DNA of 64,000 nt. Origin: Sphingobacteriales bacterium. Lineage in GTDB: Bacteria > Bacteroidota > Bacteroidia > UKL13-3. Of the stretch, positions 19,481 to 28,638 are shown piece after piece. Position numbers and translations under genes: made by a program. The DNA lies in contig JAJTEN010000005.1 of NCBI GenBank assembly GCA_021298155.1, forward strand, positions 9,899 to 73,898, given 5' to 3'. The notes below the pieces were generated by a model. That model was not told the DNA's origin. It saw nothing but the letters and a program-made list of their open reading frames with translations, and did no database searches. How positions within the stretch are numbered: the first letter of the stretch is position 1; every line of letters starts with the position of its first letter.

Positions 19481-20953
19481 TTGAGTACTCTAAAGAAATT
19501 AGCCAGCCAAACTGCTGTATATGGTTTAAGCACCATTCTAGGAAGGTTTTTTAATTACCTTTTAGTCCCACTCTATACCCGTGTTTTTACCGATATAGAA
19601 TATGGTATAAATAGCGAATTTTATGCCTATATGGCCTTTTTCAATATTATACTTACGCATGGCATGGAAACCGCTTTCTTTAGGTTTGCCGAGAAAGATA
19701 ACTCGAAACAAATTTTTGCCAATGCATTCTTGTCTATTTTAGGTGTAGCAGGTTCTTTTTCGCTTTTCATTGGTTTATTTGGTTCGCATGTTTCTGAAGC
19801 GATTGGTTACGGATTACATCCAGAATTCATTTATTACTGTGGCGCTATTTTGTTTCTTGATAGTTTGTCTGCTATCCCATTTGCCTTATTGAGGTTTCAG
19901 AACAAAGCCTTGCGCTTTGCCATCATAAAAAACTGTAACATTTTTTCGCTGATCCTATTTAACCTATATTTTTTACTTGTGGGTCCGTTTTGGGAGGCTA
20001 AATTCGGCAGTATATTGCCATTTTATGAGCCAGGTATGGGAATTAAATCTGTTTTTATTTCCAATGTATTGGCTAGCCTCATTACATTTTTATTATTAAG
20101 CAGAGAAATCTTATCTGTTGGTTTCAGTTTTAATTATACACAATGGCGTTTAATGATAGCTTATGCTATTCCAATGATTTGGGTTGGTTTAGCAGGTATG
20201 GTAAATGAAACCTTAGATAGAGTGCTCATTAGAATGTTAACGCCAAATGTTGCAGAAGGTCAATCATTAAATGGAATCTATAGTGCTAATTACAAATTCT
20301 CGATTATCATTACCTTATTTATTCAAGCATTTAAGTTTGCTGCAGAGCCATTCTTTTTTGCCCATGCAAAAACCACAGAAAAACGAGATTTATATGCCAA
20401 GGTAATGAATTACTTTATTTGGATTTGTCTCTTTGTATTCTTATTGGTTATGTTCTTTTTGCACTACTTTAAAATATTTATTGGTACTGGCTTTCATGAA
20501 GGACTTCAGGTGGTTCCAATCTTATTATTTGCAAATATATTTTTGGGCGTTTACTACAATGTCTCTATATGGTATAAACTATCAGACAATACAAAGAAAG
20601 GTGCCCAAATTTCCTTAATTGGCGCAGTTATTACGATACTTTTAAACTTTATTTTTATACCAGAGTTTGGTTATTTAGCCTGTGCATGGACTACTTTTAT
20701 TTGTTATTTTGTAATGATGGTATTAGGTTATTTGTGGGGACAAAAATACTATCCAATTCCGTATAACTTGCCACGTGCATTATTTTATGTGAGCACCGCT
20801 TTGGCTTTATTTGTATTGGTTCAGTATTCTTCTATTTGGATCAACCCAAATTCCTTCTCAGGTAATTTTATTCGAATCATTTCTTTATTTATTTTTGTTT
20901 ACTTGGTTTTTTACAAAGAAAAGATAGTAGGCAAAAAATTAGTTACAACATGA
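19481..20953 (+). CDS. Oligosaccharide/polysaccharide flippase (MOP/Wzx-MurJ superfamily)
   Basis: 490 aa, about 14 TM. The N-terminus [33 protein letters not shown] is typical of Wzx-like flippases. TTG start. Confidence 0.85.
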   Translation: MSTLKKLASQTAVYGLSTILGRFFNYLLVPLYTRVFTDIEYGINSEFYAYMAFFNIILTHGMETAFFRFAEKDNSKQIFANAFLSILGVAGSFSLFIGLFGSHVSEAIGYGLHPEFIYYCGAILFLDSLSAIPFALLRFQNKALRFAIIKNCNIFSLILFNLYFLLVGPFWEAKFGSILPFYEPGMGIKSVFISNVLASLITFLLLSREILSVGFSFNYTQWRLMIAYAIPMIWVGLAGMVNETLDRVLIRMLTPNVAEGQSLNGIYSANYKFSIIITLFIQAFKFAAEPFFFAHAKTTEKRDLYAKVMNYFIWICLFVFLLVMFFLHYFKIFIGTGFHEGLQVVPILLFANIFLGVYYNVSIWYKLSDNTKKGAQISLIGAVITILLNFIFIPEFGYLACAWTTFICYFVMMVLGYLWGQKYYPIPYNLPRALFYVSTALALFVLVQYSSIWINPNSFSGNFIRIISLFIFVYLVFYKEKIVGKKLVTT

Positions 20954-21384
20954 TACACGTTTCCATAATTAATCAATCGAATAATCCATTGCCAGCCTAC
21001 CAAACTAAGCATGCTGCGGGTATGGATTTGTGTGCTCATTTAACTGAACCTATTGTTCTGAAACCTATGGAGCGAGGCTTAATAGCTACCGGTTTATTTA
21101 TTGAGATTCCGGAAGGCTATGAAGCTCAAATTAGGCCGCGAAGTGGACTAGCATTAAAGCATGGAATAAGTGTATTGAATAGTCCGGGCACCATAGATGC
21201 AGATTACAGAGGTGAAATTAAAGTGTTGTTAATCAATCTTGGTTCAGATACATTTACGATACAAAATGGGGATCGCATTGCACAAATGGTATTTGCAAGT
21301 TGTGCTCAGATCAATTGGAATGAAAGTACTCAACTTTCTATCACAGAGCGCGGTGCAGGTGGTTATGGCAGTACAGGCAAGTAA
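20950..21384 (+). CDS. dut: dUTP diphosphatase
   Basis: 144 aa. [30 protein letters not shown] and the C-terminal RG.GG.GSTG are the five Dut motifs. 4-nt overlap with the flippase. Confidence 0.95.
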   Translation: MIHVSIINQSNNPLPAYQTKHAAGMDLCAHLTEPIVLKPMERGLIATGLFIEIPEGYEAQIRPRSGLALKHGISVLNSPGTIDADYRGEIKVLLINLGSDTFTIQNGDRIAQMVFASCAQINWNESTQLSITERGAGGYGSTGK

Positions 21385-21506
21385 TTAGCTGTTCTTAGTT
21401 ACAGAACCTAGGCACAAGATTGATTCTATTTTGAAAATTTCTCTCATTGTATTAGGTTGCGTTAGATTTCATAACAAGCTATTATGGCTTTTAAACTTTT
21501 AAATTA

Positions 21507-22517
21507 ATGAAAATTATTGTTCCTATGGCAGGTATGGGAAAGCGCATGCGTCCGCATACCCTCACGGTTCCTAAACCCCTAATTCCGGTAGCAGGCAAAC
21601 CTATTGTACAAAAAATTATTGAAGATTTGGCAAAGGTGTGTGGAACTGGAATTGAAGAAGTTGCTTTTATTATTGGTCCGAGTTTTGGAGAAGCTGTTGA
21701 GAAAGAATTGGTTTCAGTTGCGCAAAAATTGGGCGCGCGCGGAAGTATTTATTATCAGGAGGAGCCACTTGGAACCGCGCATGCCATTATGTGTGCTAAA
21801 GAAAGTTTGGATGGAAATGTGTTGGTTGTATTTGCAGACACCTTATTTAAAGCTGATTTTACGCTGGATAGAGAAAAAGATGGAATTATTTGGGTTCAAA
21901 AAGTGGAAGACCCTAGTCCGTTTGGTGTAGTAAAAGTAGACGCCAATAACATTATTACAGATTTTATAGAAAAGCCTGAAATATTTGTATCAGATTTGGC
22001 CATTATTGGTATTTACTACTTTAAAGATGGCGCCTATTTGCGCAGCGAATTACAGTATTTATTGGATAATGATGTAAGAGAAAAAGGAGAATACCAGCTT
22101 ACAAATGCTCTGGAAAATATGAAACAAAAAGGCACAAAATTTGAGCCAGGGCAGGTAAGTGAATGGTTAGATTGTGGTAACAAAAATTCTACTGTTCATA
22201 CCAATTCACGGATGCTTCATTTTATGCATGCGGCGAATGAAAAAATGGTAGATGATACCGTTAAGGTTGAAGATTCATTGATTATTCAGCCATCTCTTAT
22301 TGGTAAAAATGTGCACATTAAACACAGTATTGTGGGTCCAAATGCCTTTATTGCCGATGGTTGTCATATAACCAATGCTGTTGTTAGCAATTGTATGATT
22401 CAAAGTAATACCACCATTAAGAATGCGGTGGTAGACAATGCAATGATTGGCAGCCATGTAAAATATGAAGGGGAAGCCAAAGATTTAAGTGTAGGCGATT
22501 ACACTACAGTTTTATAA
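21507..22517 (+). CDS. Sugar-phosphate nucleotidyltransferase with C-terminal left-handed beta-helix
   Basis: MKIIVPMAGMGKRMRP (GxGxR NTP-transferase loop), then hexapeptide-like repeats in the last ~90 aa. Confidence 0.85.
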   Translation: MKIIVPMAGMGKRMRPHTLTVPKPLIPVAGKPIVQKIIEDLAKVCGTGIEEVAFIIGPSFGEAVEKELVSVAQKLGARGSIYYQEEPLGTAHAIMCAKESLDGNVLVVFADTLFKADFTLDREKDGIIWVQKVEDPSPFGVVKVDANNIITDFIEKPEIFVSDLAIIGIYYFKDGAYLRSELQYLLDNDVREKGEYQLTNALENMKQKGTKFEPGQVSEWLDCGNKNSTVHTNSRMLHFMHAANEKMVDDTVKVEDSLIIQPSLIGKNVHIKHSIVGPNAFIADGCHITNAVVSNCMIQSNTTIKNAVVDNAMIGSHVKYEGEAKDLSVGDYTTVL

Positions 22518-22535
22518 TACTTTAAAGTAAAAATA

Positions 22536-22566
22536 AACGAAGCAATCTTTTTAGATTGCTTTCGTT
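22536..22566 (+). terminator. Possible hairpin terminator after the nucleotidyltransferase gene
   Basis: aacgaagcaatc-ttttta-gattgctttcgtt (12-bp stem with one bulge), but no clear downstream T-tract. Confidence 0.35.
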
Positions 22567-22576
22567 CATCTCTTAA

Positions 22577-24283
22577 ATGAATTCAATTAATCGCATTTTA
22601 TTATTTTTTGGCTTACTTGTTTTAAGTCAACTGTCTTTGGCTCAGCCCGAAAAGAATTTGCAAGACGAAAAAAAGCGTTTAGAATTTGACAAGCATTTTT
22701 TTGAGGGGATGAAAGAGAAAATGATTCAAAATTATGAAGCGGCGGAAAGCAATTTCAAAGCAGCCATTTTGATTGAATCTAAAAACGCAAATGTGCATTA
22801 CCAGCTGGCTAATATTTTAGTCGTACAAAAGAGGTATTCGGAGGCCATAATGCATGCTGAGCGAGCTTTTCATTTAGAGTCTAATAATAGTTGGTATAGC
22901 AAGTTTTTAATAGAATTATATAAAAGAGACGGACAGCTAAGCGAGGCCATTAAGGTTTGCGAATTGGCTTATGCGCAAACAAATGATCTTCATTTTTTGT
23001 ATGAATTAGCCTCATTTTATGATGCTAAAAATGAAGCCAAAAAGGCGATAAAGGTTCTGAATACAATAGAGAAAGAAAAAGGAATTCAGGAAGATATTAT
23101 TCGTAAGAAAGAAGATATTTTTCTGAAGCAAAAGAATGTTAAGGCAGCCATAAAAGAGATTGAAAAGTTGTGCAATGCTTTCCCAGATCGGATGAATTAT
23201 ATGGGTATGCTTGCAGATTTATATATGAATGCCAATAGGCAAAAAGATGCCTTGAGTATCTATGATAAGATTCAAAAAACAGATCCTCGCAATGGATATG
23301 CAGCCTTGTCTTTGGCAGATTATTATCAAAGTAAAAAGGATATAGAAGCGTATTACAGTCAGTTAATGCTGGCTATGAAATCTTCATTAGAAACGAATGT
23401 GAAGATGCAAGTAATGGCTATGTTAATACCAGGAGATGTATTAGGTATTGATCATCGTGCAAGGTGTAAAGCCCTTATTGATACTTTTATTGTGTATCAT
23501 CCAACTGCTGCAGAACCTTATCTGCTAAAGGGAGATATGGCCATGCAGGCAAGAAATTTGGAAGAAGCTAGGTTGCAATATTTAAAATCAATTGATTTAA
23601 ACAATAGCAGTATTTTACCTTGGGAGCAGGTGTTGTTTTGCGATCAACAGCTACCCAATTATCAATATTTATTGCAAGATTGTGAAAAAATGATGGTGGT
23701 GTTTCCACAAAATGGAAATGTGTTTTTACTCCATAGTATTGCAGCTAGGCAGTTAAAAATGTTTGATACCGCATTTGAATCGGCGCGTAAAGCGGTTTGG
23801 TTGGCCAATGATGAAGATAATTTGTTGCAGAGTTTAGGGAATTTAGGAGATATGGCCCACTATGCTAAAAAGTATGAAGTTAGTGATTCTGCTTTTGAAG
23901 CAATATTGGCAATTGAACCCAATAGCGCGCTTTCATTAAATAATTACGCTTATTTTTTATCTCTACGAAATACGCAGTTAGATAAGGCGATGAATATGAG
24001 TAAAAGGTCTTTAGCATTGGATCCTAATAACCCCTCAAATTTAGACACTTATGCTTGGATCTTATATCAGTTAAATAACCTAGAAGAAGCTAGAAAGTAT
24101 GCAGAAAAATCTTTGGAAATTTCTCCTGATAATGCGGAAGTTTTAGATCATTTGGGCGATATTTTATTTGGTTTGGGGGAGAAAGAATCTGCGCTGAAAA
24201 ATTGGCAAAAAGCGCAAGCGCTTGGTATGGACAGTTCAGTACTATTGGAAAAAATTAAAACAAAATCACTCATTAAGCAGTAG
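22577..24283 (+). CDS. Secreted tetratricopeptide-repeat protein
   Basis: 568 aa. Signal peptide, then many TPR units (e.g. NNYAYFLSLRN..LDKAM..SKRSLALDPNNPS.LDTYAWILYQL). Confidence 0.85.
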   Translation: MNSINRILLFFGLLVLSQLSLAQPEKNLQDEKKRLEFDKHFFEGMKEKMIQNYEAAESNFKAAILIESKNANVHYQLANILVVQKRYSEAIMHAERAFHLESNNSWYSKFLIELYKRDGQLSEAIKVCELAYAQTNDLHFLYELASFYDAKNEAKKAIKVLNTIEKEKGIQEDIIRKKEDIFLKQKNVKAAIKEIEKLCNAFPDRMNYMGMLADLYMNANRQKDALSIYDKIQKTDPRNGYAALSLADYYQSKKDIEAYYSQLMLAMKSSLETNVKMQVMAMLIPGDVLGIDHRARCKALIDTFIVYHPTAAEPYLLKGDMAMQARNLEEARLQYLKSIDLNNSSILPWEQVLFCDQQLPNYQYLLQDCEKMMVVFPQNGNVFLLHSIAARQLKMFDTAFESARKAVWLANDEDNLLQSLGNLGDMAHYAKKYEVSDSAFEAILAIEPNSALSLNNYAYFLSLRNTQLDKAMNMSKRSLALDPNNPSNLDTYAWILYQLNNLEEARKYAEKSLEISPDNAEVLDHLGDILFGLGEKESALKNWQKAQALGMDSSVLLEKIKTKSLIKQ

Positions 24284-24294
24284 CTCATTTTTAT

Positions 24295-25101
24295 ATGAAT
24301 AAAAACCTAATTATTTTAATCATTAGCCTGGGTATTTTTTTATTTGCTTGTAAAACTAAAAAGGTAGTTAACCTGTCTGATCCGAAACCCAAGGATAAGG
24401 GAAGTGTTGATGTAAAAAGTAGCAATGTAGATTCTCGCAGAACTGAAGTTTATAAAGGTATTATGGGTGCAAAAAATGTGACACCTGAATTTTCGTTTTT
24501 AGCTGAAGCAGATTATTTTGATGGAAAACAATCAGTGGGACTTAATTTAGAAATAAGCGCTAAAAAAGACCAATACATTTATTTAAATGCCAAGGCACTT
24601 GGTTTTGTCAATGTAGCTAGGCTTATGATTCAGCCAGATTCTATCAGAATATTAGACCTAATAAACCGCAAATATATTTCGGCCTCATACCAGTTTATGC
24701 AAAACTTTGCCCAAGTTAAAATTGGTTTTAATGAGCTTCAAAACATGATTTGGGCCAATGCTTTTTACGATCCTAATATACAACAGAGCAGTTTAGATTC
24801 ACTGGGTCAGCAATTGATTTTATTGTTGAATCTGGGATCGGTACAACAAAAAGCAATGTATAACAAGAGTTATGTTTTGCAAAGTGTATCATTATTTGAA
24901 CAGGCAAAATCACAGGAAATGCAGGTTGATTTTACAAATTTTAAATATGTGGATGGAATTAGCTATCCGCATGCTATAGTAATTAACATTTCGGGAGAAA
25001 AAAAAATAGCCTGTAAATTTGAAATTAGCAACTTCGCAGGCAGTATTAAAAAGGAGCCACAGTTTGTTATACCAAAATCATATAAAGTACAAGTATACTA
25101 G
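24295..25101 (+). CDS. Lipoprotein of unknown function (DUF4292 / LolB-like fold suspected)
   Basis: Lipobox FLFAC, 268 aa, beta-rich. Its position between the TPR protein and the M23-like protein is a conserved Bacteroidota trio as far as I recall. Confidence 0.65.
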   Translation: MNKNLIILIISLGIFLFACKTKKVVNLSDPKPKDKGSVDVKSSNVDSRRTEVYKGIMGAKNVTPEFSFLAEADYFDGKQSVGLNLEISAKKDQYIYLNAKALGFVNVARLMIQPDSIRILDLINRKYISASYQFMQNFAQVKIGFNELQNMIWANAFYDPNIQQSSLDSLGQQLILLLNLGSVQQKAMYNKSYVLQSVSLFEQAKSQEMQVDFTNFKYVDGISYPHAIVINISGEKKIACKFEISNFAGSIKKEPQFVIPKSYKVQVY

Positions 25102-26341
25102 TCTTATCTTGTTAGTTATGTTTACTTGCTTTTTGGCAAGTGGGCAAAATCTTGCGCTAAAAAGAAAAGAATTAGAGGCGAAGCGTAAAGCCCTTCAAGA
25201 GCAAATTCAACGAAATAAAAAAGCGTTGCAGCAAGCAAAAGTAGCAGAGCAATCTTCTGTAAAACAATTAGAAGTAATTGGCGGTCAAATTTTGGTTCGA
25301 GAGCAGTTAATTGACCATGTATCACAAGAGGCATTTCAATTAAGTATCGATATAGCGAATCAACAAAAAATTGTAGCCTTACTGAAGGAGGATATTGAAA
25401 AGTTAAAACAAGACTATGCCGCGTATTTAAGGGCAGCCTATATCAAGAGAAGTGTGAATGCCGCCTTCTTATATATTTTTGATTCTAGAAGCATTGATCA
25501 GGCTATTAAGCGCTTAAAATACCTTAATACCTATGGTAATTACAGGCAGCAACAAGCGCGTATCATTTTAAAAACCCAACAACAAATGGTTTATGCTTTG
25601 CAAGAGTTAATCGAAATAAAGCAGCAAAAGTTGGGTTTGGTTAAAATCAAAGAAACTGAAAAGAAGGAATTGGTAGCCGACAAAGAGGTACAAACAGTAT
25701 TGTTGGGTCAAGTTCAAAAGAAGGTTAAAAGTTTGGCTCAAATTATTGCACAACAAGAGCAGGCAGCAAGGGCTTTAAACCAATCTTTGAGTAAGTTAAT
25801 TGCCGATGAAATTGCTTTAGCAAAGCGCGCTGAAGAGCGCAAAAGAGCAAAAGATGGATCAGCGAATAAGAAAACAGCTGCACCCGTTACGAGTAATAGT
25901 TATTTAAGTGATGCCGATTTAAAATTGAGCGGTAATTTTGCTGCAAACAAGGGTAAATTGCCTTGGCCTGCTGCCGGTGTATTGGTTCAGGGCTTTGGGA
26001 AACGTGATCACCCAACCTTAAAAGGTGTGGTATTGTCTAATAATGGAATTGATATTGCTACCCCGCATGGGTCTGCTGTTCGGCCAGTTTTTAAAGGAAC
26101 TGTTAAAGGAATTTTTCCTATACCAGGCCTAGATAAAGTGGTATTGGTAAACCATGGTGAGTATTTCACCGTTTATGCCCGGTTAGCCACTGTAAATGTA
26201 AAAATTGGTGAATCTGTTGAACCCAAAGATATACTGGGTGAAGTAGCATTTAATGAAGAAGAAAATACAAGCAAATTACATTTTGAAGTATGGAAACAGC
26301 AGGTATTTCAGAATCCATTACCGTGGTTAAAATCAAAATAA
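25019..26341 (+). CDS. EnvC-like coiled-coil protein with degenerate M23/LytM domain
   Basis: Long Q/K/E-rich coiled coil, then a LytM domain. The metal ligands appear substituted: NNGIDI instead of H.G.D, and KLHFEV instead of HLHFE. Start uncertain (83-nt overlap with the upstream gene if the ATG at 25019 is used). Confidence 0.8.
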   Translation: MKLATSQAVLKRSHSLLYQNHIKYKYTSLILLVMFTCFLASGQNLALKRKELEAKRKALQEQIQRNKKALQQAKVAEQSSVKQLEVIGGQILVREQLIDHVSQEAFQLSIDIANQQKIVALLKEDIEKLKQDYAAYLRAAYIKRSVNAAFLYIFDSRSIDQAIKRLKYLNTYGNYRQQQARIILKTQQQMVYALQELIEIKQQKLGLVKIKETEKKELVADKEVQTVLLGQVQKKVKSLAQIIAQQEQAARALNQSLSKLIADEIALAKRAEERKRAKDGSANKKTAAPVTSNSYLSDADLKLSGNFAANKGKLPWPAAGVLVQGFGKRDHPTLKGVVLSNNGIDIATPHGSAVRPVFKGTVKGIFPIPGLDKVVLVNHGEYFTVYARLATVNVKIGESVEPKDILGEVAFNEEENTSKLHFEVWKQQVFQNPLPWLKSK

Positions 26342-26401
26342 ATTGAGTGCAATTGCAACCTTTTTACATTTTATCTGTCTATACAATTAAATTAGTTTGA
26401 T

Positions 26402-27205
26402 ATGCAAAGAAAAAATTTACTTATTTTATTATCTATACTTACTTTAGGCTTAAGTGTGGGTTCTTTACATTCGTTTCCAACAGGTGCTCCATCAGATGGT
26501 AGAACAGGTTCACCTGGTGATGGGGGTAAAACATGTTCCTCTTCTGGGTGTCATTTTGGCTCTGTATCATCAATAAACAATGTTATTAGCAGTAATATTC
26601 CAGCAGAAGGATATACACCTGGAGAAACATATACCATAACTGTGAATGTGGGTGGAAGTGGACGAAAAGGATTGTGTGTAAGTCCGCAAAAAGCAGATGG
26701 AACCTTAATGGGAACGCTTACAGCAGGCGCAGGAAATACTATTGTTGGAGGAAAATATATCACGCATTCTAATTATATTTCTGCCACACCAGCAGTTTGG
26801 ACCTTCACCTGGGTAGCGCCAGCCGCAGGTTCTGGTAGGGTAATTTTTTATGGCGCTTTTGCTAATGATAGAACTATGGTTCGTAAATCTGAATATTCTG
26901 TAGAAGAAAAGATTGCTTCTGGAGTTAATGAAAACAAAGGCTTCTCGCAATTCTCAGTATTTCCTAATCCATCTGTGAGTAATGGAAGTATTCACATTGG
27001 TTTCAAATCTAAAGTGTCTGATAACTTAAAAATTACATTGGTAGATATTACCGGTAAAGAGCTTGCTGAATTTATGAATGATATGGTAGAACCTATGTAT
27101 CAAGAGCATACATTTGAATTACCTAGTTTATCTAAAGGCGTATATTTTATTCGTTTGAACGGGAATAAAGAAAGTATTACTCGAAAATTGTTGATTCAAA
27201 ATTAA
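26402..27205 (+). CDS. Secreted Reeler-like domain protein with T9SS C-terminal sorting domain
   Basis: FPTGAPSDG...CSSSGCH, YTPGETYTITVNV, ITHSN and WTFTWVAPAAGSGRVIFYGAF follow the Reeler-domain pattern. The C-terminus FSVFPNPS...GVYFIRLNGNKESITRKLLIQN is a classic T9SS type-A CTD. Confidence 0.7.
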   Translation: MQRKNLLILLSILTLGLSVGSLHSFPTGAPSDGRTGSPGDGGKTCSSSGCHFGSVSSINNVISSNIPAEGYTPGETYTITVNVGGSGRKGLCVSPQKADGTLMGTLTAGAGNTIVGGKYITHSNYISATPAVWTFTWVAPAAGSGRVIFYGAFANDRTMVRKSEYSVEEKIASGVNENKGFSQFSVFPNPSVSNGSIHIGFKSKVSDNLKITLVDITGKELAEFMNDMVEPMYQEHTFELPSLSKGVYFIRLNGNKESITRKLLIQN

Positions 27206-27220
27206 TAAAGGTAAAATAAG

Positions 27221-27250
27221 CGCCACGCAAATAGCGTGGCGTTTTTTTTT
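27221..27250 (+). terminator. Rho-independent terminator
   Basis: cgccacgc-aaata-gcgtggcg followed by T9, 15 nt after the stop at 27205. Confidence 0.8.
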
Positions 27251-27257
27251 ATAATCC

Positions 27258-28322
27258 ATGGCTTTTTCAATTGTAGTAAATGGGCAAGAATTTAGCCTAG
27301 AAGATTTTTTAACTGGTAGCTTTGAGGCCTCATATATATTGCGGGCCCAAGTTTTTCTGCGCAATTGGAAATACAATGAAAACTTTTGTTTTAGCAGCAG
27401 CGGAACGACAGGCCTACCCAAGCAAATTTATTTTACTAAACAACAACTTATAAAAAGTGCGCAAAGCACTATTGATGCCTTGCAACTAAATCCCCATAAC
27501 GAGCATATTTTAGCATGCTTAGATGTTAAATTTGTAGGAGGTGCAATGATGTTGGCCCGAGCCTTGGTTTTAGAATGTAAGATTTCTTTATTTGAACCAA
27601 GTTCAGAAATTTTGAGTTTCTTACCTGAGAATCATGGTTACACTTTTGCCTCTTTTGTGCCCATTCAATTGCAAAATCTAAATACATTTCGTTTGGTTTT
27701 TGAGCAGATAGATAAGGTATTATTGGGTGGAGCAAATGTTTCGGTATTACTTAAACAAGCAATATATAAACTGCATAATAAGGTCTATCATACCTATGGG
27801 ATGACAGAAACTTTATCTCATGTTGCTTTGATGCAATTGGGAGTAGATAAAGGTTATTTGGCTATTGCACCTAATACGATTAGATTAAATGAAAACAATC
27901 AAATTTGTATTAAAACAGCTTTGTACGAGCAGGAAATAATTAGCAACGATGTGGGAAGGTGGTTAGATGATACCCATTTCGAATGGTTGGGTAGAACCGA
28001 TTTTATGATCAATTCTGGTGGAGTAAAAATACATCCTGAAGCCATTGAAAGTTTACTATTAAATGAAAGACTACTGCCTGCAGATATTACTTTTTATATT
28101 GCTAAAGCTCCTCACCCAATTTGGCAAGAGCAGGTGGTAATGGTAAGCACAGATGCTAATGCAGCACAGTATTTGCAACAGATAAATAATTTTCTGCAAA
28201 CAATTGGACAAGCCTATGCTAAGCCACGACGTTTTGTTCATGTTAAAACAATTCCTACTAACGAAAATGGCAAAATTATGCGCTTAACTTTAAATGAAAT
28301 AATTGAAAATGAGCGACTTTAA
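27258..28322 (+). CDS. menE: Short AMP-binding enzyme, probable O-succinylbenzoate-CoA ligase
   Basis: SSGTTGLPKQIYF (AMP-binding P-loop), YGMTE, GRTDFMINSGGVKIHPEAIE, ...NENGKIMR. The ~350-aa short form is what Bacteroidota MenE usually looks like. Substrate not provable from sequence. Confidence 0.7.
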   Translation: MAFSIVVNGQEFSLEDFLTGSFEASYILRAQVFLRNWKYNENFCFSSSGTTGLPKQIYFTKQQLIKSAQSTIDALQLNPHNEHILACLDVKFVGGAMMLARALVLECKISLFEPSSEILSFLPENHGYTFASFVPIQLQNLNTFRLVFEQIDKVLLGGANVSVLLKQAIYKLHNKVYHTYGMTETLSHVALMQLGVDKGYLAIAPNTIRLNENNQICIKTALYEQEIISNDVGRWLDDTHFEWLGRTDFMINSGGVKIHPEAIESLLLNERLLPADITFYIAKAPHPIWQEQVVMVSTDANAAQYLQQINNFLQTIGQAYAKPRRFVHVKTIPTNENGKIMRLTLNEIIENERL

Positions 28323-28404
28323 TAATTAATCCAAACTTTATTAAAAACATAGTTGAGAAGTCAGTAGAATTTATAATTTCGCGTAAATATTAAACATTAA
28401 CCTT

Positions 28405-28626
28405 ATGTACTGGACACTAGAACTAGCCTCTTACTTGGATGATGCCCCATGGCCTGCTACCAAAGATGAATTAATTGATTATGCCATTCGTTCTGGAGCA
28501 CCACTGGAGGTAATTGAGAATTTACAAGAATTGGAAGATGATGGCGAGCCATTTGAAACCATTGAAGAAATTTGGCCAGATTATCCTACCAACGAAGATT
28601 ACTTTTATAACGAAGACGAATTATAA
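28405..28626 (+). CDS. Small acidic protein (DUF2795-like)
   Basis: 73 aa. WPATKDELIDYAIRSGAPLEVIENL resembles the DUF2795 core. The C-terminus NEDEL is encoded by the palindrome. Confidence 0.65.
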   Translation: MYWTLELASYLDDAPWPATKDELIDYAIRSGAPLEVIENLQELEDDGEPFETIEEIWPDYPTNEDYFYNEDEL

Positions 28627-28638
28627 TTCGTCTTCGTT
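28609..28638. repeat. Perfect 30-bp palindrome spanning two convergent stop codons
   Basis: aacgaagacgaatta|taattcgtcttcgtt. Both arms read AAC GAA GAC GAA TTA TAA in frame on their own strand. Confidence 0.95.

Noticed and set aside
24998-25006. A9 homopolymer tracts in coding sequence (24998-25006 in the DUF4292-like gene; 60923-60931 in panC), considered as possible slipped-strand phase-variation switches.
   Set aside because: They are just consecutive Lys (AAA) codons in an AT-rich genome. panC is a housekeeping gene, and there is no contingency-locus context.
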